DNA of 30,444 nucleotides from Rhodospirillaceae bacterium (GTDB taxonomy: Bacteria > Pseudomonadota > Alphaproteobacteria > UBA8366 > GCA-2717185). The notes below the pieces were generated by a model that ran no database searches, was not told the origin of the DNA, and worked only from the letters and a program-made list of their open reading frames with translations. The stretch covers positions 1-30,444 of the forward strand of contig JAPPPC010000364.1 of NCBI GenBank assembly GCA_028817685.1, given 5' to 3'. The position numbers were made by a program, and so were the translations under genes. Shown here in pieces: positions 1 through 9,455 of this stretch. Position 1 is the first letter of the stretch, and each line of letters opens with the position of its first letter.

Positions 1-812
1 TTGCAGTATTGCGCCGCGCCCGCCAGTTTGACCGCAGCGTCGGTCAATTGCTCTCGCACCGCGTCAGCCAGGTTCGGCGCCGGCGCAATCTCGATGATCT
101 TCTGATGCCGCCGCTGGACGCTGCAATCGCGCTCTCCGAAATGGCAAACGCTGCCGCTGCCATCCCCGGCGATTTGCACCTCAATATGCCGCGCTCCGGG
201 CAAATACTGCTCGAGATAGACATCGCCGTTGCCAAAGGCCGCCTGGGCCTCGGTCTGGCAAATTTCGTAGGACGCCGCCAATTCTTCGATTGCCGTTACC
301 GGGCGCATGCCGCGACCGCCACCACCGGCCGCGGCCTTGATCATCACCGCACCTCCGTCACCGAGCGCCGCCATGAAGGCCTCGGCGTCGGCCAGCGAAG
401 TGGGGCTCTCGGTTCCAGCGAGAACCGGGACGCCTGTTTCCTGAGCGAGCGCGCGCGCCGCGCCCTTGTCACCGAAAAGGTCGAGAGTTTCCGGCGCCGG
501 CCCGATAAAGGTCAGGCCTGCTGCCGCGCAATCGCGGGCGAAACCGGCATTCTCCGAGAGGAACCCATAGCCGGGATGCACCGCATCGCAGCCGGCTTGC
601 TGCGCCGCGGCGACTATTGCCGCGCTATCGAGATAAGCGGGAACGCCCCTGCCCTGCAGCGGCACCGCATCATCGGCCATCTTCGTGTGAAGCGAGGATT
701 TGTCGTCCTCGGAATAGACTGCAACAGCGGTGAGACCCGCGTCGGCAGCGGCGCGGATGACACGAATGGCAATCTCGCCGCGATTGGCGACCAGCACGCG
801 TTCAAAACTCAT
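1..812 (-). CDS. Biotin carboxylase (ATP-grasp) domain protein, 3' end outside the window; resembles the N-terminus of single-chain multidomain acyl-CoA carboxylases
   Basis: Not in the ORF track because it runs off the edge. Translated by hand from ATG 812: MSFERVLVANRGEIAIRVIRAAADAG...HPGYGFLSENAGF...LFGDKGAAR...VMIKAAAGGGGRGMR, which contains the canonical biotin carboxylase motifs. Confidence 0.9.
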   Translation of the reverse strand, partial: MSFERVLVANRGEIAIRVIRAAADAGLTAVAVYSEDDKSSLHTKMADDAVPLQGRGVPAYLDSAAIVAAAQQAGCDAVHPGYGFLSENAGFARDCAAAGLTFIGPAPETLDLFGDKGAARALAQETGVPVLAGTESPTSLADAEAFMAALGDGGAVMIKAAAGGGGRGMRPVTAIEELAASYEICQTEAQAAFGNGDVYLEQYLPGARHIEVQIAGDGSGSVCHFGERDCSVQRRHQKIIEIAPAPNLADAVREQLTDAAVKLAGAAQYC

Positions 813-966
813 TGATAAGGATCCCGGTATTTGCGGACAGCGCCGCCGACTTTAGTCGGCGAGCCGCAACCCTGGCAAATAAACCGCTACCCTGGCGGCA
901 TCGGCGCCGGGATAGGCCACCGAGCCGCCTAAGATGCGCGCGGATTAACGCTGGCTGTGCGTATCC

Positions 967-2325
967 TTAGCTCTCGATTTCAGGCGCATCGGCCGTCGGT
1001 TCGACCCTTTCCGGCTTCCCAACCACGACGACCGTCAACTGTTTGGGATCCAGAATGCGGCGGGCGACTCGTTTCACATCCTCAAGGCTCACCGCATTGA
1101 TGAAATCGTCACGCCGGTCGATATAGTCGATCCCCAGGTCGTGATACTGCATGGCGACGAGCATACGGGCGATATTGCTGGTGCTGCTCAGCCGCAGGGG
1201 GAAGGACCCGTTCAGATACGTCTTCGCGTCAGCGACCTCTTCCGCACTGGGTCCGGTTTCCCGCATGCGGCCCCACTCCTCGCGAATGATGGCGATGGAT
1301 TGCGCCACTTGATCGTTGCGGGTTGCAACGCCGCCGGAAATGAGTGCCGCCCGCTGCATGGGGTTCAGATAACTGTACACGCTGTAGGCAAGGCCCCGTT
1401 TCTCACGGACCTCTGTATAGAGGCGTGAAGAAAACCCACCGCCGCCAAGAATGTAATTCATGACAAAGGCTGCGTAATAGTCCGGGCTGTTCCGCCGAAT
1501 TCCCTGCTGCCCGAAGACGACAACACTTTGCGGGATATCCATTTGAACGACGAAAGTTTCGCCCTCAGCAGCGGGTTTCGCATCATCCGGCGCTGCCTGC
1601 GGCGTCTTCGCCGGCAATTCGCCAAAAATGCGGTCCAGCATGGGGGCTAACTCGGCAGCCGATATATCGCCAACGGCGCCCACGATGAGATTGTCGCGGG
1701 CAAACCGGCTGGTCACGAAGCCCCGCAAATCATCTGCGGTAATATCGGCGATCGACCCCAAGGTCCCATCGACCGGCCGGCCGTAGGGGTGGTTGCCGAA
1801 GACTGCCCGGCGCCAGACCCGGCTGGCCACGATGTTCGGATCCGTCGATTTCCGCTTCAGGCCTGCGGTAATCTGGCGGCGCATCCGCTCGATCGCCTCT
1901 GCGTCGAAGCGCGGCTCGTTCAAGGCCAACCGCAACAGCGACACCGCTTCATCGCGGTTCCGGTTCAACGTTTTGAAGCTGCCGCGGAAGGTTTCCAGTC
2001 CCGCGCTGAAACTCATGCGGATTGAAAGCCGCTCCAACCGGTCTTGGAACGCCTGGCTATCCAAGTCACCTGCACCTTCGTCAAGCAGGCTCGACACCAT
2101 GCTGGCCAGCCCGGTCTTGCCTTTTGGGTCGCCTGCCGCACCGCCACGGAATGAAAACTCGATGGCCGTAATCGGGATGGAATTGTCGCGCACCAGCCAG
2201 GCTTCAATGCCGCCGGGACTGACAACTTTTTCGACCTTGACCGCGTGCGCCGGCGCAACGGAGACCAACAGAATCGTAAGGGTAGCCAGAGAACCGACAA
2301 CCCACGAATGGACGTGCTTCATCAT
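967..2325 (-). CDS. M16 (pitrilysin/insulinase) family peptidase, non-catalytic subunit, exported
   Basis: 452 aa. Signal peptide ending AHA; M16 motifs (GGGGFSSRLYTEVREKRGLAYSV); GLASMVSSLL where HXXEH would be. Confidence 0.9.
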   Translation of the reverse strand: MMKHVHSWVVGSLATLTILLVSVAPAHAVKVEKVVSPGGIEAWLVRDNSIPITAIEFSFRGGAAGDPKGKTGLASMVSSLLDEGAGDLDSQAFQDRLERLSIRMSFSAGLETFRGSFKTLNRNRDEAVSLLRLALNEPRFDAEAIERMRRQITAGLKRKSTDPNIVASRVWRRAVFGNHPYGRPVDGTLGSIADITADDLRGFVTSRFARDNLIVGAVGDISAAELAPMLDRIFGELPAKTPQAAPDDAKPAAEGETFVVQMDIPQSVVVFGQQGIRRNSPDYYAAFVMNYILGGGGFSSRLYTEVREKRGLAYSVYSYLNPMQRAALISGGVATRNDQVAQSIAIIREEWGRMRETGPSAEEVADAKTYLNGSFPLRLSSTSNIARMLVAMQYHDLGIDYIDRRDDFINAVSLEDVKRVARRILDPKQLTVVVVGKPERVEPTADAPEIES

Positions 2326-2340
2326 CGCGCAATTTCTCCG

Positions 2341-3684
2341 TTACGTCGTCGGCTTCGGCAACAGCAGCGACGTTACCGATTTACGGTCCTTAAAGACATG
2401 GGCGATCGCCCGGTTGACGGCGTCAACGGTCACCATACCGATCCGCTCGGGCCAGGATTCGATATCCTCCACCGTTTGACCGATCGCGAGCGCACCGCCG
2501 AGGACCCGTGCCGGGGTCCGGTACGAATCGCGGGCATAGATCGCTGAATCCTGCAACCGCTGCACCGCTTTTTTGACCTCTTCCTCGGTGACTCCCTTTT
2601 CGATCAGCAGATCGATCTCTTCATTCATCGCCTTGCCAGCCTCTTCCAAGTCGCCGCCCGGAGGCGGCGAGATGTAGAAACCGAAGGTACCGGGCCCCCG
2701 CAACCGACCGCTATACCATCCGCCGGCACTGACCGCGGCTTTACGTTCCACAACGAGCTTCCGGTACAATCGGCTGGTCGCACCGCCGGACAGGATTTCT
2801 CCCAGCACCTGCAAAGCGTCGGCATGCTCCGTCGCCCCATGCATTTGGCTAGGCGCGATGAAGCGCCGCGACCAGGACGGTTGCCGAACCCGTGAATGTT
2901 CCAATACGACGCGCAGATCGGCGTTCAGCGGTGGTTCGGCCCATTTCACGCGTTCCGGCAAAGGTTTGGCGGGGATGGGGCCGTAATATTTTTCCGCGAG
3001 CGGACGCACCTCGTCGACCGTTATATCGCCGGAGATCACCAGGATCGCATTGTTGGGTGCGTACCAGGCTTTGTAGAAATCGATCAAATCCTTGCGGGTG
3101 AGCACTTCAATTTCGTGCTGCCAGCCGATGATCGGTATCTGATAGGGGTGATTCTGGAACATCACGGCACGAATCTGTTCGCCCAACATCGACGACGGAT
3201 CCCGATCGACCCGGCTGCGCCGTTCCTCGATTACGACGGCGCGCTCCGGCTCGATGATGTCATCGGTGAGAACCAGGTTGGTCATCCGGTCGGCTTCGAT
3301 CTTCATCATCAGCGGCAGCCGGTCGACCGCGACGGATTGGAAGTAGCCGGTATAGTCCTGTGAGGTAAACGCATTCTCCCGCCCGCCATTCCGCGCCACG
3401 ATGGCGGAAAATTCACCGGGTTTCAGAGTTTTCGTTCCCTTGAACATCAGATGTTCAAGGTAATGCGCCAAACCGGACTTGCCGGCAGGCTCGTCCATCG
3501 CGCCGATTTTGTACCAGACCATATGTGTCACGACGGGAACGCGATGATTGGTGATAACGACCACCTGCATCCCGTTCTTCAGCGTGAAACTCTGCGGATT
3601 GAAAACGGCGGCCCCTGCCAGGGTCGGCATGCCGACTAACAGAACAAACAGGGCCAATACATAGGAAAACGCACGGCGCGACAT
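2341..3684 (-). CDS. M16 family zinc peptidase, catalytic subunit, exported
   Basis: Intact inverted zinc motif (GLAHYLEHLMFKG), NAFTSQDYTGY and a signal peptide. Start moved to ATG 3684, which follows a GAGGAG SD. Confidence 0.92.
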   Translation of the reverse strand: MSRRAFSYVLALFVLLVGMPTLAGAAVFNPQSFTLKNGMQVVVITNHRVPVVTHMVWYKIGAMDEPAGKSGLAHYLEHLMFKGTKTLKPGEFSAIVARNGGRENAFTSQDYTGYFQSVAVDRLPLMMKIEADRMTNLVLTDDIIEPERAVVIEERRSRVDRDPSSMLGEQIRAVMFQNHPYQIPIIGWQHEIEVLTRKDLIDFYKAWYAPNNAILVISGDITVDEVRPLAEKYYGPIPAKPLPERVKWAEPPLNADLRVVLEHSRVRQPSWSRRFIAPSQMHGATEHADALQVLGEILSGGATSRLYRKLVVERKAAVSAGGWYSGRLRGPGTFGFYISPPPGGDLEEAGKAMNEEIDLLIEKGVTEEEVKKAVQRLQDSAIYARDSYRTPARVLGGALAIGQTVEDIESWPERIGMVTVDAVNRAIAHVFKDRKSVTSLLLPKPTT

Positions 3685-3793
3685 GGGGCTCCTCACGCTT
3701 GCGACAAGGGATGCAGAAAAGATGGGGGGACCGCCCTCCATCCTCAAGGGGCCGTCAGTCACGGCGCACGGTATTTTGATCCACCAGCCCCGG

Positions 3794-4402
3794 CTAGAAC
3801 AGAAGGCCAGCTTCCTTGCGTTTGATGGTCGGCGTCACGCCAGTCGTGATCGGTTTTCCGAGAACCTTGTTTTCCCGGATGCGGCGCGATTCGCCTTTGG
3901 CATCCACGACGGTGTCTATGTTCACCGGCGGCTTCGGTTCCTTATCCCGCCAAAACAGCAGTGAATCGACAAAGCTTTCGTCGGATTCGTTAACCACGCC
4001 AACCGCTTCCCGGTTGACCACATCGCGAATATTCGGATCGACATCGATGGCGCCGGTCCGTTTCAACAGGGCGACTTCACTGCCTGAACGGGAGCCGATG
4101 CGGCGCCGTTGCTCAGCCCGGACATTACGCCGCGTGCGCTGCGGCTTGGCGGCGCTTTTCCCGATAACGCTCTGTTGCGCCTCGTCGCGCGGCGACACAG
4201 CCTGCGGCCGCACAGCGCCGGGGCGCGGCGGCCGGAGACCATATTCCGGCGGCAACGTCAGCGGCGCCCGCTTGACGACCGCGAATTCGTCCGGCGCCGA
4301 CTTCTCAAACCCCAGGATATTGCCGCTTCTGTCGCCGCATCCCGCCAATCCGGCAATTGCGGCGAATCCGACAACAAAAGATAAGACACTTCGAATCTTC
4401 AT
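3794..4402 (-). CDS. DUF3035 / BamF-like outer-membrane lipoprotein
   Basis: Lipobox LAGC and the motif APDEFAVVKRAPLTLPPEYGLRPPRPG; conserved position downstream of lspA; GAGGA SD before ATG 4402. Confidence 0.8.
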   Translation of the reverse strand: MKIRSVLSFVVGFAAIAGLAGCGDRSGNILGFEKSAPDEFAVVKRAPLTLPPEYGLRPPRPGAVRPQAVSPRDEAQQSVIGKSAAKPQRTRRNVRAEQRRRIGSRSGSEVALLKRTGAIDVDPNIRDVVNREAVGVVNESDESFVDSLLFWRDKEPKPPVNIDTVVDAKGESRRIRENKVLGKPITTGVTPTIKRKEAGLLF

Positions 4403-4442
4403 CAATCCTCGCGTGCTATCAACGTCGTGATACTGCACCATA

Positions 4443-4913
4443 TTACTTGGTTTGTTTTTGGCCGGCAAACAATCCCTCAGCGATTATGAATATCACGCCG
4501 ACGGTTATTGCCGAATCCGCAATATTGAAGGCAGGCCAGTGGTAACCGGCTACATGAAAGTCGAGAAAATCGATGACCGCTTTATGGGCCAGTCGGTCTA
4601 TCGCATTGCCAAGCGCGCCGCCGATGACCAACCCAAGCGAGACTGCCAAGAACCGGTTCTCAGCACGGCGCATCCAGAACCCCAGAAATACTGAGATCAG
4701 CGTCGCAAATGTAGCGAAAGCCGGTTGGACCCACCACGCGTCACTGGCGAACAGTCCGAAGCTCACACCGCGATTGCCAACCAGGACGAAATTGAAAAAG
4801 CCAGTGACCTCGATGATCCGCGGCGGGTTCATGACTTCCGTCAGGATCACCCATTTACTGAGTTGATCAATCGCGATGACAATCGCCGCACACCCCAATC
4901 CAAGCGGGAGCAA
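4443..4913 (-). CDS. lspA: Lipoprotein signal peptidase II
   Basis: DQLSK, NRGVSFG, GGALGNAIDR and FNIADSAI motifs; follows ileS. Probable TTG start at 4913 after GGAGA. Confidence 0.96.
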   Translation of the reverse strand: MLPLGLGCAAIVIAIDQLSKWVILTEVMNPPRIIEVTGFFNFVLVGNRGVSFGLFASDAWWVQPAFATFATLISVFLGFWMRRAENRFLAVSLGLVIGGALGNAIDRLAHKAVIDFLDFHVAGYHWPAFNIADSAITVGVIFIIAEGLFAGQKQTK

Positions 4914-4924
4914 GGCGTTTCTCC

Positions 4925-7813
4925 CTATTCGGCGGCCGTACGCATGGTACGAACCACATCGGCGCAACGGCCGCAGACACCGGGCAATGCAGGGTCGGCA
5001 CCCACGTCAGGAAGAACCCGCCAACAGCGCTCGCACTTCTCACCGGCCGCCGGGTTCACGACGACGCCGATTCCCGGCACCTCGGGCAAAGTAAAAGCGT
5101 CTTCGGGCGGCGCGCCTTCCACCAGGTTTACGCCCGACGTAATCGCAATTTCCGACGCATCGACGCCCTGATAGGCGGCGAGCGCTTCCGCCGTCATATA
5201 CACGGTCGGCGATGCCTGCAGGCTCGATCCGATCCGTTTCTCGGCGCGCTCAATCTCCAGCGCCCCGGTCATCACGCGCCGGACCTGACGTACGGTCTCC
5301 CACTTGGCCGCCAACTTTTCGTCGCGCCAGTTATCAGGTAGCTCGGGAAACTGCCGTAGATGCACGCTGTTGTCCGCCGCATCGCCGGTGCGCGCGAGCC
5401 AGGCTTCCTCCGCCGTGAAACAAAGAATCGGCGCGAACCAGGCGGTCAGACAGCTGAAGATCTCGTCCAGTACGGTCAATGTCGCGCGCCGGGTCGGATC
5501 ATCCTCTGCGTCGCAATACAGGCTGTCCTTGCGGATATCGAAATAGAATGCCGAAAGATCGACCGCGCAAAAATCGTGCAGTTCCCTGAAAATACGGTGG
5601 AAATCGTATTCCGACGCACAAGACCGTACCAGCCCGTCGAGCCCGTGCAGCCGGTGCAGAATCCAGCGTTCCAATTCCGGCATATCCTCGACCGCCACCC
5701 GTGCCGACGCATCGTAGGTCCGCAAGTTTCCAAGCAGCCAGCGCAGCGTATTGCGCAGACGCCGATAGGAATCGATCAGGCGCTTGATGATCTCCGGTCC
5801 GATCTTCAGGTCTTCCGAGTAATCGGAGGCGACCACCCAGAGGCGGAGCGTCTCCGCGCCGTACTGATCGGTAACTTCCTGCGGCACCACCACGTTGCCA
5901 AGCGACTTCGACATTTTGCGTCCGTCTTCGGCCATGACGAAGCCATGGGTCAGCACGCTTTCGAACGGCGCCCGGTCGCGCGTTCCGCAGGCTTCCAGCA
6001 AAGAGGAGTGAAACCAGCCGCGATGCTGGTCGGAGCCCTCTAGATAAAGCGAGGCCGGCCAATGCAAATCATTGCGGTTTTCCAGCACGAAACTGTGCGT
6101 CGAACCCGAATCGAACCAGACATCCAGGATGTCCGTGACTTGCTCATAGGCGTCCGGGTCCCGTCCATCGCCCAGGAACCGTGCCGGCGGACCGGCGAAC
6201 CAAGCGTCCGCGCCCTCCGCTTCGAAGGCGTCCACGATCCGTTGATTGACTTCCGCATCGACCAGGATCGCACCGGTCGCTTTTTCCACGAACACGGTGA
6301 TCGGCACGCCCCAGGCCCGCTGCCGCGAGATAACCCAGTCGGGCCGCTGCTCGATCATGCTGTAAAGCCGGTTGCGGCCGCTCGCCGGGTAGAATGCCGT
6401 CTCGTCGATCGCCTTCAGCGCCTTGCCGCGCAACCCTTCCGCACCCTTCTCGTCGCCCATGGAAATGAACCATTGCGGCGTATTGCGGAAGATCAGCGGC
6501 GCTTTCGAGCGCCAGGAATGCGGATATTGGTGATTTAGGCGGCCCCGCGCCATCAACGCACCGGCCTGGACCAGCATATCGATCACAGACTGGTTGGCAT
6601 CGCCTTCCTTGCCATTCTCGTCATAAATCCGTTTCCCGGACAGAAGGGGGACGTGATCGTAATATTCGCCTCGTTCGCCCACTGTGTGCGGCACTTCCGT
6701 CAGCCCGACATCGGTGAAGACAGCGCGGTTCTGCACGAACGTATTGTAGTCGTCCGCACCGTGACCGGGCGCGGTGTGCACGAACCCGGTACCGGCATCG
6801 TCGGTGACATAGTCGCCCGGCAACATGGGCACGTCGTAGTCCCAGAATCCCTCTCCGTCGGTAAAACCGCGGAACGGGTGCGCGCACCGAGCGATGGTGG
6901 CCGGATCGACATCGCCCTGGCGCGTCCAGGACTCGATCCGGGCCGCCTTCTGAACGCTTTCGGCCAGCATATCGGCGAGAATCAGCCTCTCGCCGGGTTT
7001 CGCCCAGTTGTCTTCCGGCGCTGCTGTGATCTCATAGACGCCGTATTTGATGCTGGATGAATAGACGATGGCTCTGTTTGCCGGGATCGTCCAAGGGGTC
7101 GTCGTCCAGATCAAAACGGCGGCACCGTTCAGCGCGTCCTCGGCCGTTTGGACGATCGGAAACTTCACCCAGATCGTCGGCGAGACGTGGTCTTCATATT
7201 CGACCTCTGCCTCGGCCAGGGCCGTGCGTTCGACGACGGACCACATGACCGGCTTGGAACCGCGATAGAGCTGCCCTGATTCAGCGAATTTTAGAAGTTC
7301 CGCGGCGATCTGTGCTTCGGCGTGATAGGCCATCGTCGTGTAGGGATCGTCCCAATCGCCGACGACGCCCATGCGCTTGAATTCCTCGCGCTGCACATCG
7401 ATCCAGTGATCGGCGAATTCGCGGCACTCCTGCCGAAATTCGACGATCGGCACTTCGTCCTTGTCGCGGCCTTCTTCGCGATATTTTTCCTCGATCTTCC
7501 ACTCGATCGGCAAGCCGTGACAATCCCAGCCCGGCACGTAGTGCGCGTCCTTGCCGCGCATCTGCTCAAACCGGTTGATGATGTCCTTTAGGATCTTGTT
7601 GAGTGCGTGGCCGATATGCAGATGGCCGTTCGCGTAGGGCGGGCCGTCATGCAGGATAAAGGGGTCGCGCCCCGCCGACTGCGCGCGCATCTGCCCCCAG
7701 AGGTCGATATCCGCCCAGCGCGCCAGCAATTCCGGCTCGCGTTTAGGCAAGCCGGCCTTCATCGGGAAATCCGTCTTCGGCAGGAAGACCGTATCCTTGT
7801 AATCCGCGCTCAT
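4925..7813 (-). CDS. ileS: Isoleucine--tRNA ligase (type 1)
   Basis: 962 aa; HDGPPYANGHLHIGH, GWDCHGLPIE, KMSKS and a C-terminal zinc motif CERC...CGRC. Confidence 0.99.
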   Translation of the reverse strand: MSADYKDTVFLPKTDFPMKAGLPKREPELLARWADIDLWGQMRAQSAGRDPFILHDGPPYANGHLHIGHALNKILKDIINRFEQMRGKDAHYVPGWDCHGLPIEWKIEEKYREEGRDKDEVPIVEFRQECREFADHWIDVQREEFKRMGVVGDWDDPYTTMAYHAEAQIAAELLKFAESGQLYRGSKPVMWSVVERTALAEAEVEYEDHVSPTIWVKFPIVQTAEDALNGAAVLIWTTTPWTIPANRAIVYSSSIKYGVYEITAAPEDNWAKPGERLILADMLAESVQKAARIESWTRQGDVDPATIARCAHPFRGFTDGEGFWDYDVPMLPGDYVTDDAGTGFVHTAPGHGADDYNTFVQNRAVFTDVGLTEVPHTVGERGEYYDHVPLLSGKRIYDENGKEGDANQSVIDMLVQAGALMARGRLNHQYPHSWRSKAPLIFRNTPQWFISMGDEKGAEGLRGKALKAIDETAFYPASGRNRLYSMIEQRPDWVISRQRAWGVPITVFVEKATGAILVDAEVNQRIVDAFEAEGADAWFAGPPARFLGDGRDPDAYEQVTDILDVWFDSGSTHSFVLENRNDLHWPASLYLEGSDQHRGWFHSSLLEACGTRDRAPFESVLTHGFVMAEDGRKMSKSLGNVVVPQEVTDQYGAETLRLWVVASDYSEDLKIGPEIIKRLIDSYRRLRNTLRWLLGNLRTYDASARVAVEDMPELERWILHRLHGLDGLVRSCASEYDFHRIFRELHDFCAVDLSAFYFDIRKDSLYCDAEDDPTRRATLTVLDEIFSCLTAWFAPILCFTAEEAWLARTGDAADNSVHLRQFPELPDNWRDEKLAAKWETVRQVRRVMTGALEIERAEKRIGSSLQASPTVYMTAEALAAYQGVDASEIAITSGVNLVEGAPPEDAFTLPEVPGIGVVVNPAAGEKCERCWRVLPDVGADPALPGVCGRCADVVRTMRTAAE

Positions 7814-7895
7814 TGCACGGGCTCCATTTCCGCCATAATCCTTGGTTTTCCGCCTATTGGCGGGCGCGCGATCCTATGCGTGGCCCGTTATGAGG

Positions 7896-8852
7896 TCAAG
7901 ACGCGCCAGCGGCGCGTACGGTGAGGACTCGACGGGCCGTCGCACCGTCTTCGTCGATCTGGGCCTTCAGCGCCTCCAGACCGTCGAATTTCCGTTCCGG
8001 CCGCAAATATTCGATCAGTGCAATCCGCAGATTCTGGCCGTAGAGATCGCCCTCGAAGTCGAAAAGATGCACCTCCAGCAGCAGGCTGTCACCGCCGATG
8101 GTCGGCCGGTTGCCGAAATTGGCGACACCATCGATCCAACGCAGATCACCGCCTTCCTCCAGCCCGGCCCGAATAGCGTACACGCCGCGCGCCGGCCGTA
8201 TGTAGTCCGCAATATCGATGTTGGCGGTTGGAAATCCGAGGGTGCGGCCGCGTTTGTCGCCATGTTCGACCGTACCTTCGATCTCGAAGGGCCGGCCCAG
8301 CATCGCGGCGGCATGACCCGGTTTCCCGGTTTCCAGTTGCTCGCGGATATGGCTGGAGGAATAAATCTCCGCGTCGGCGGACGCGACCGGGGCTACCGTC
8401 ATAACCGCATATCCGTTCTTTTCGCCCAGCGCTTCAAGCAACGCGGTATCACCGCTGCGCTGATGGCCGAACCGGAAATCCTGCCCGACGACAACCTGTT
8501 TGGCGGCGAGACCTCGGACAATCGCATGCTCGATGAACGCTTCACCGCCCAATTGCGAAAGCGCTTCATCGAAGGTCAGTGCGATCAGCGCATCGACCCC
8601 CAACGCTTCGATGTGGTGCGCCTTGTTCTGAAACGGCGTCAGTCGAAACGGCGCATCATGCGGCCGGAAAAAACTCCGTGGATGCGGTTCGAATGTCAAA
8701 ACAACCAAGGGGGCTTCCGCCTGACGCGCCAGATCGCCGCCGCAACCGATAACAGCCTGATGCCCGCGATGCACACCGTCGAAATTGCCCAGCACCACGA
8801 CGCCCGCGCGCACGCTTTCCGGAACTTTTTCAAGGTCCCTGATGATTTGCAT
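7896..8852 (-). CDS. ribF: Bifunctional riboflavin kinase / FAD synthetase
   Basis: GNFDGVHRGH, VVGQDFRFG, GRTLGFPTAN and LEVHLFDFEGDLYG motifs; ribF-ileS-lspA synteny. Confidence 0.98.
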   Translation of the reverse strand: MQIIRDLEKVPESVRAGVVVLGNFDGVHRGHQAVIGCGGDLARQAEAPLVVLTFEPHPRSFFRPHDAPFRLTPFQNKAHHIEALGVDALIALTFDEALSQLGGEAFIEHAIVRGLAAKQVVVGQDFRFGHQRSGDTALLEALGEKNGYAVMTVAPVASADAEIYSSSHIREQLETGKPGHAAAMLGRPFEIEGTVEHGDKRGRTLGFPTANIDIADYIRPARGVYAIRAGLEEGGDLRWIDGVANFGNRPTIGGDSLLLEVHLFDFEGDLYGQNLRIALIEYLRPERKFDGLEALKAQIDEDGATARRVLTVRAAGAS

Positions 8853-8944
8853 ATTCAATCCGCCTTTCGTCCCCCGGATGGCCCGAACCTATCGCGCCCG
8901 TGCGAAACTGTGTAGCGGAATTCCGTAGCGACGGATTCTGTGGC

Positions 8945-8960
8945 TGCTATAATCCGGCCA
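8945..8960 (+). promoter_or_regulatory. Extended -10 promoter (TGcTATAAT) placed for a leaderless zur transcript
   Basis: TG at 8945-8946 and TATAAT at 8948-8953, ending exactly 7 nt before the A of ATG 8960; no SD upstream. Confidence 0.7.
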
Positions 8961-9451
8961 TGCCACTGCCGCATGCGTTCAAAGCCGACTCCCATGACCA
9001 TCAGCTTTGCGTCGATGAAGCGATCGAGGTCGCGACCCGAATCTGCGCCGAGCGCGGCATGCGGTTCACAAAAATCCGCGAGCGCGTGCTGACCCTGGTC
9101 TGGAGCGGCCATCAACCGATCGGCGCCTATGCAATCCTGAAGGCTCTGCAGTCGGAATATCCGCGCGCGGCGCCACCAACCGTCTACCGCGCGCTCGACT
9201 TCCTGATCGAGATCGGTCTGATTCACCGGATCGAATCGATGAATGCCTTCGTCGGCTGCACGCATCCCGATGAGCGACATGCCGGCCAGTTTTTAATCTG
9301 TGAGAATTGCGGTGCCGCGGCCGAATTGGACGATCCGCAGATAAACGATGTGGTACAGCGCACCGCCGGCGCGCTTGGCTTCCTGGCGCAACGCCAGATG
9401 ATCGAAGTTACGGGATTGTGCCCGGATTGCCGGCCCGCTGCGACCGGATAG
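8960..9451 (+). CDS. zur: Zinc uptake regulator (Fur family)
   Basis: RFTKIRERVL, APPTVYRALDFL, HRIESMNAFVGC, two CxxC motifs (CENC, CPDC) and an N-terminal HDH. Confidence 0.88.
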   Translation: MPLPHAFKADSHDHQLCVDEAIEVATRICAERGMRFTKIRERVLTLVWSGHQPIGAYAILKALQSEYPRAAPPTVYRALDFLIEIGLIHRIESMNAFVGCTHPDERHAGQFLICENCGAAAELDDPQINDVVQRTAGALGFLAQRQMIEVTGLCPDCRPAATG

Positions 9452-9455
9452 AAGC

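Noticed and set aside
844-900. Hairpin CGCCGAC-TTTA-GTCGGCG (844-861) and a direct repeat ACCCTGGC spaced 20 nt apart
   Set aside because: No U-tract, only two short copies, and such GC-rich matches are likely by chance.
7842-8915. 357-aa + strand ORF antisense to ribF, and similar long antisense ORFs (11395-12630, 18646-19779, 20907-21866, 25712-26560, 27615-28946)
   Set aside because: They lie opposite well-supported genes, have no recognisable motifs or SD, and are expected shadow ORFs in GC-rich DNA.
8853-8959. Zur box in the ribF-zur divergent region
   Set aside because: No AT-rich inverted repeat resembling a Zur site is visible.
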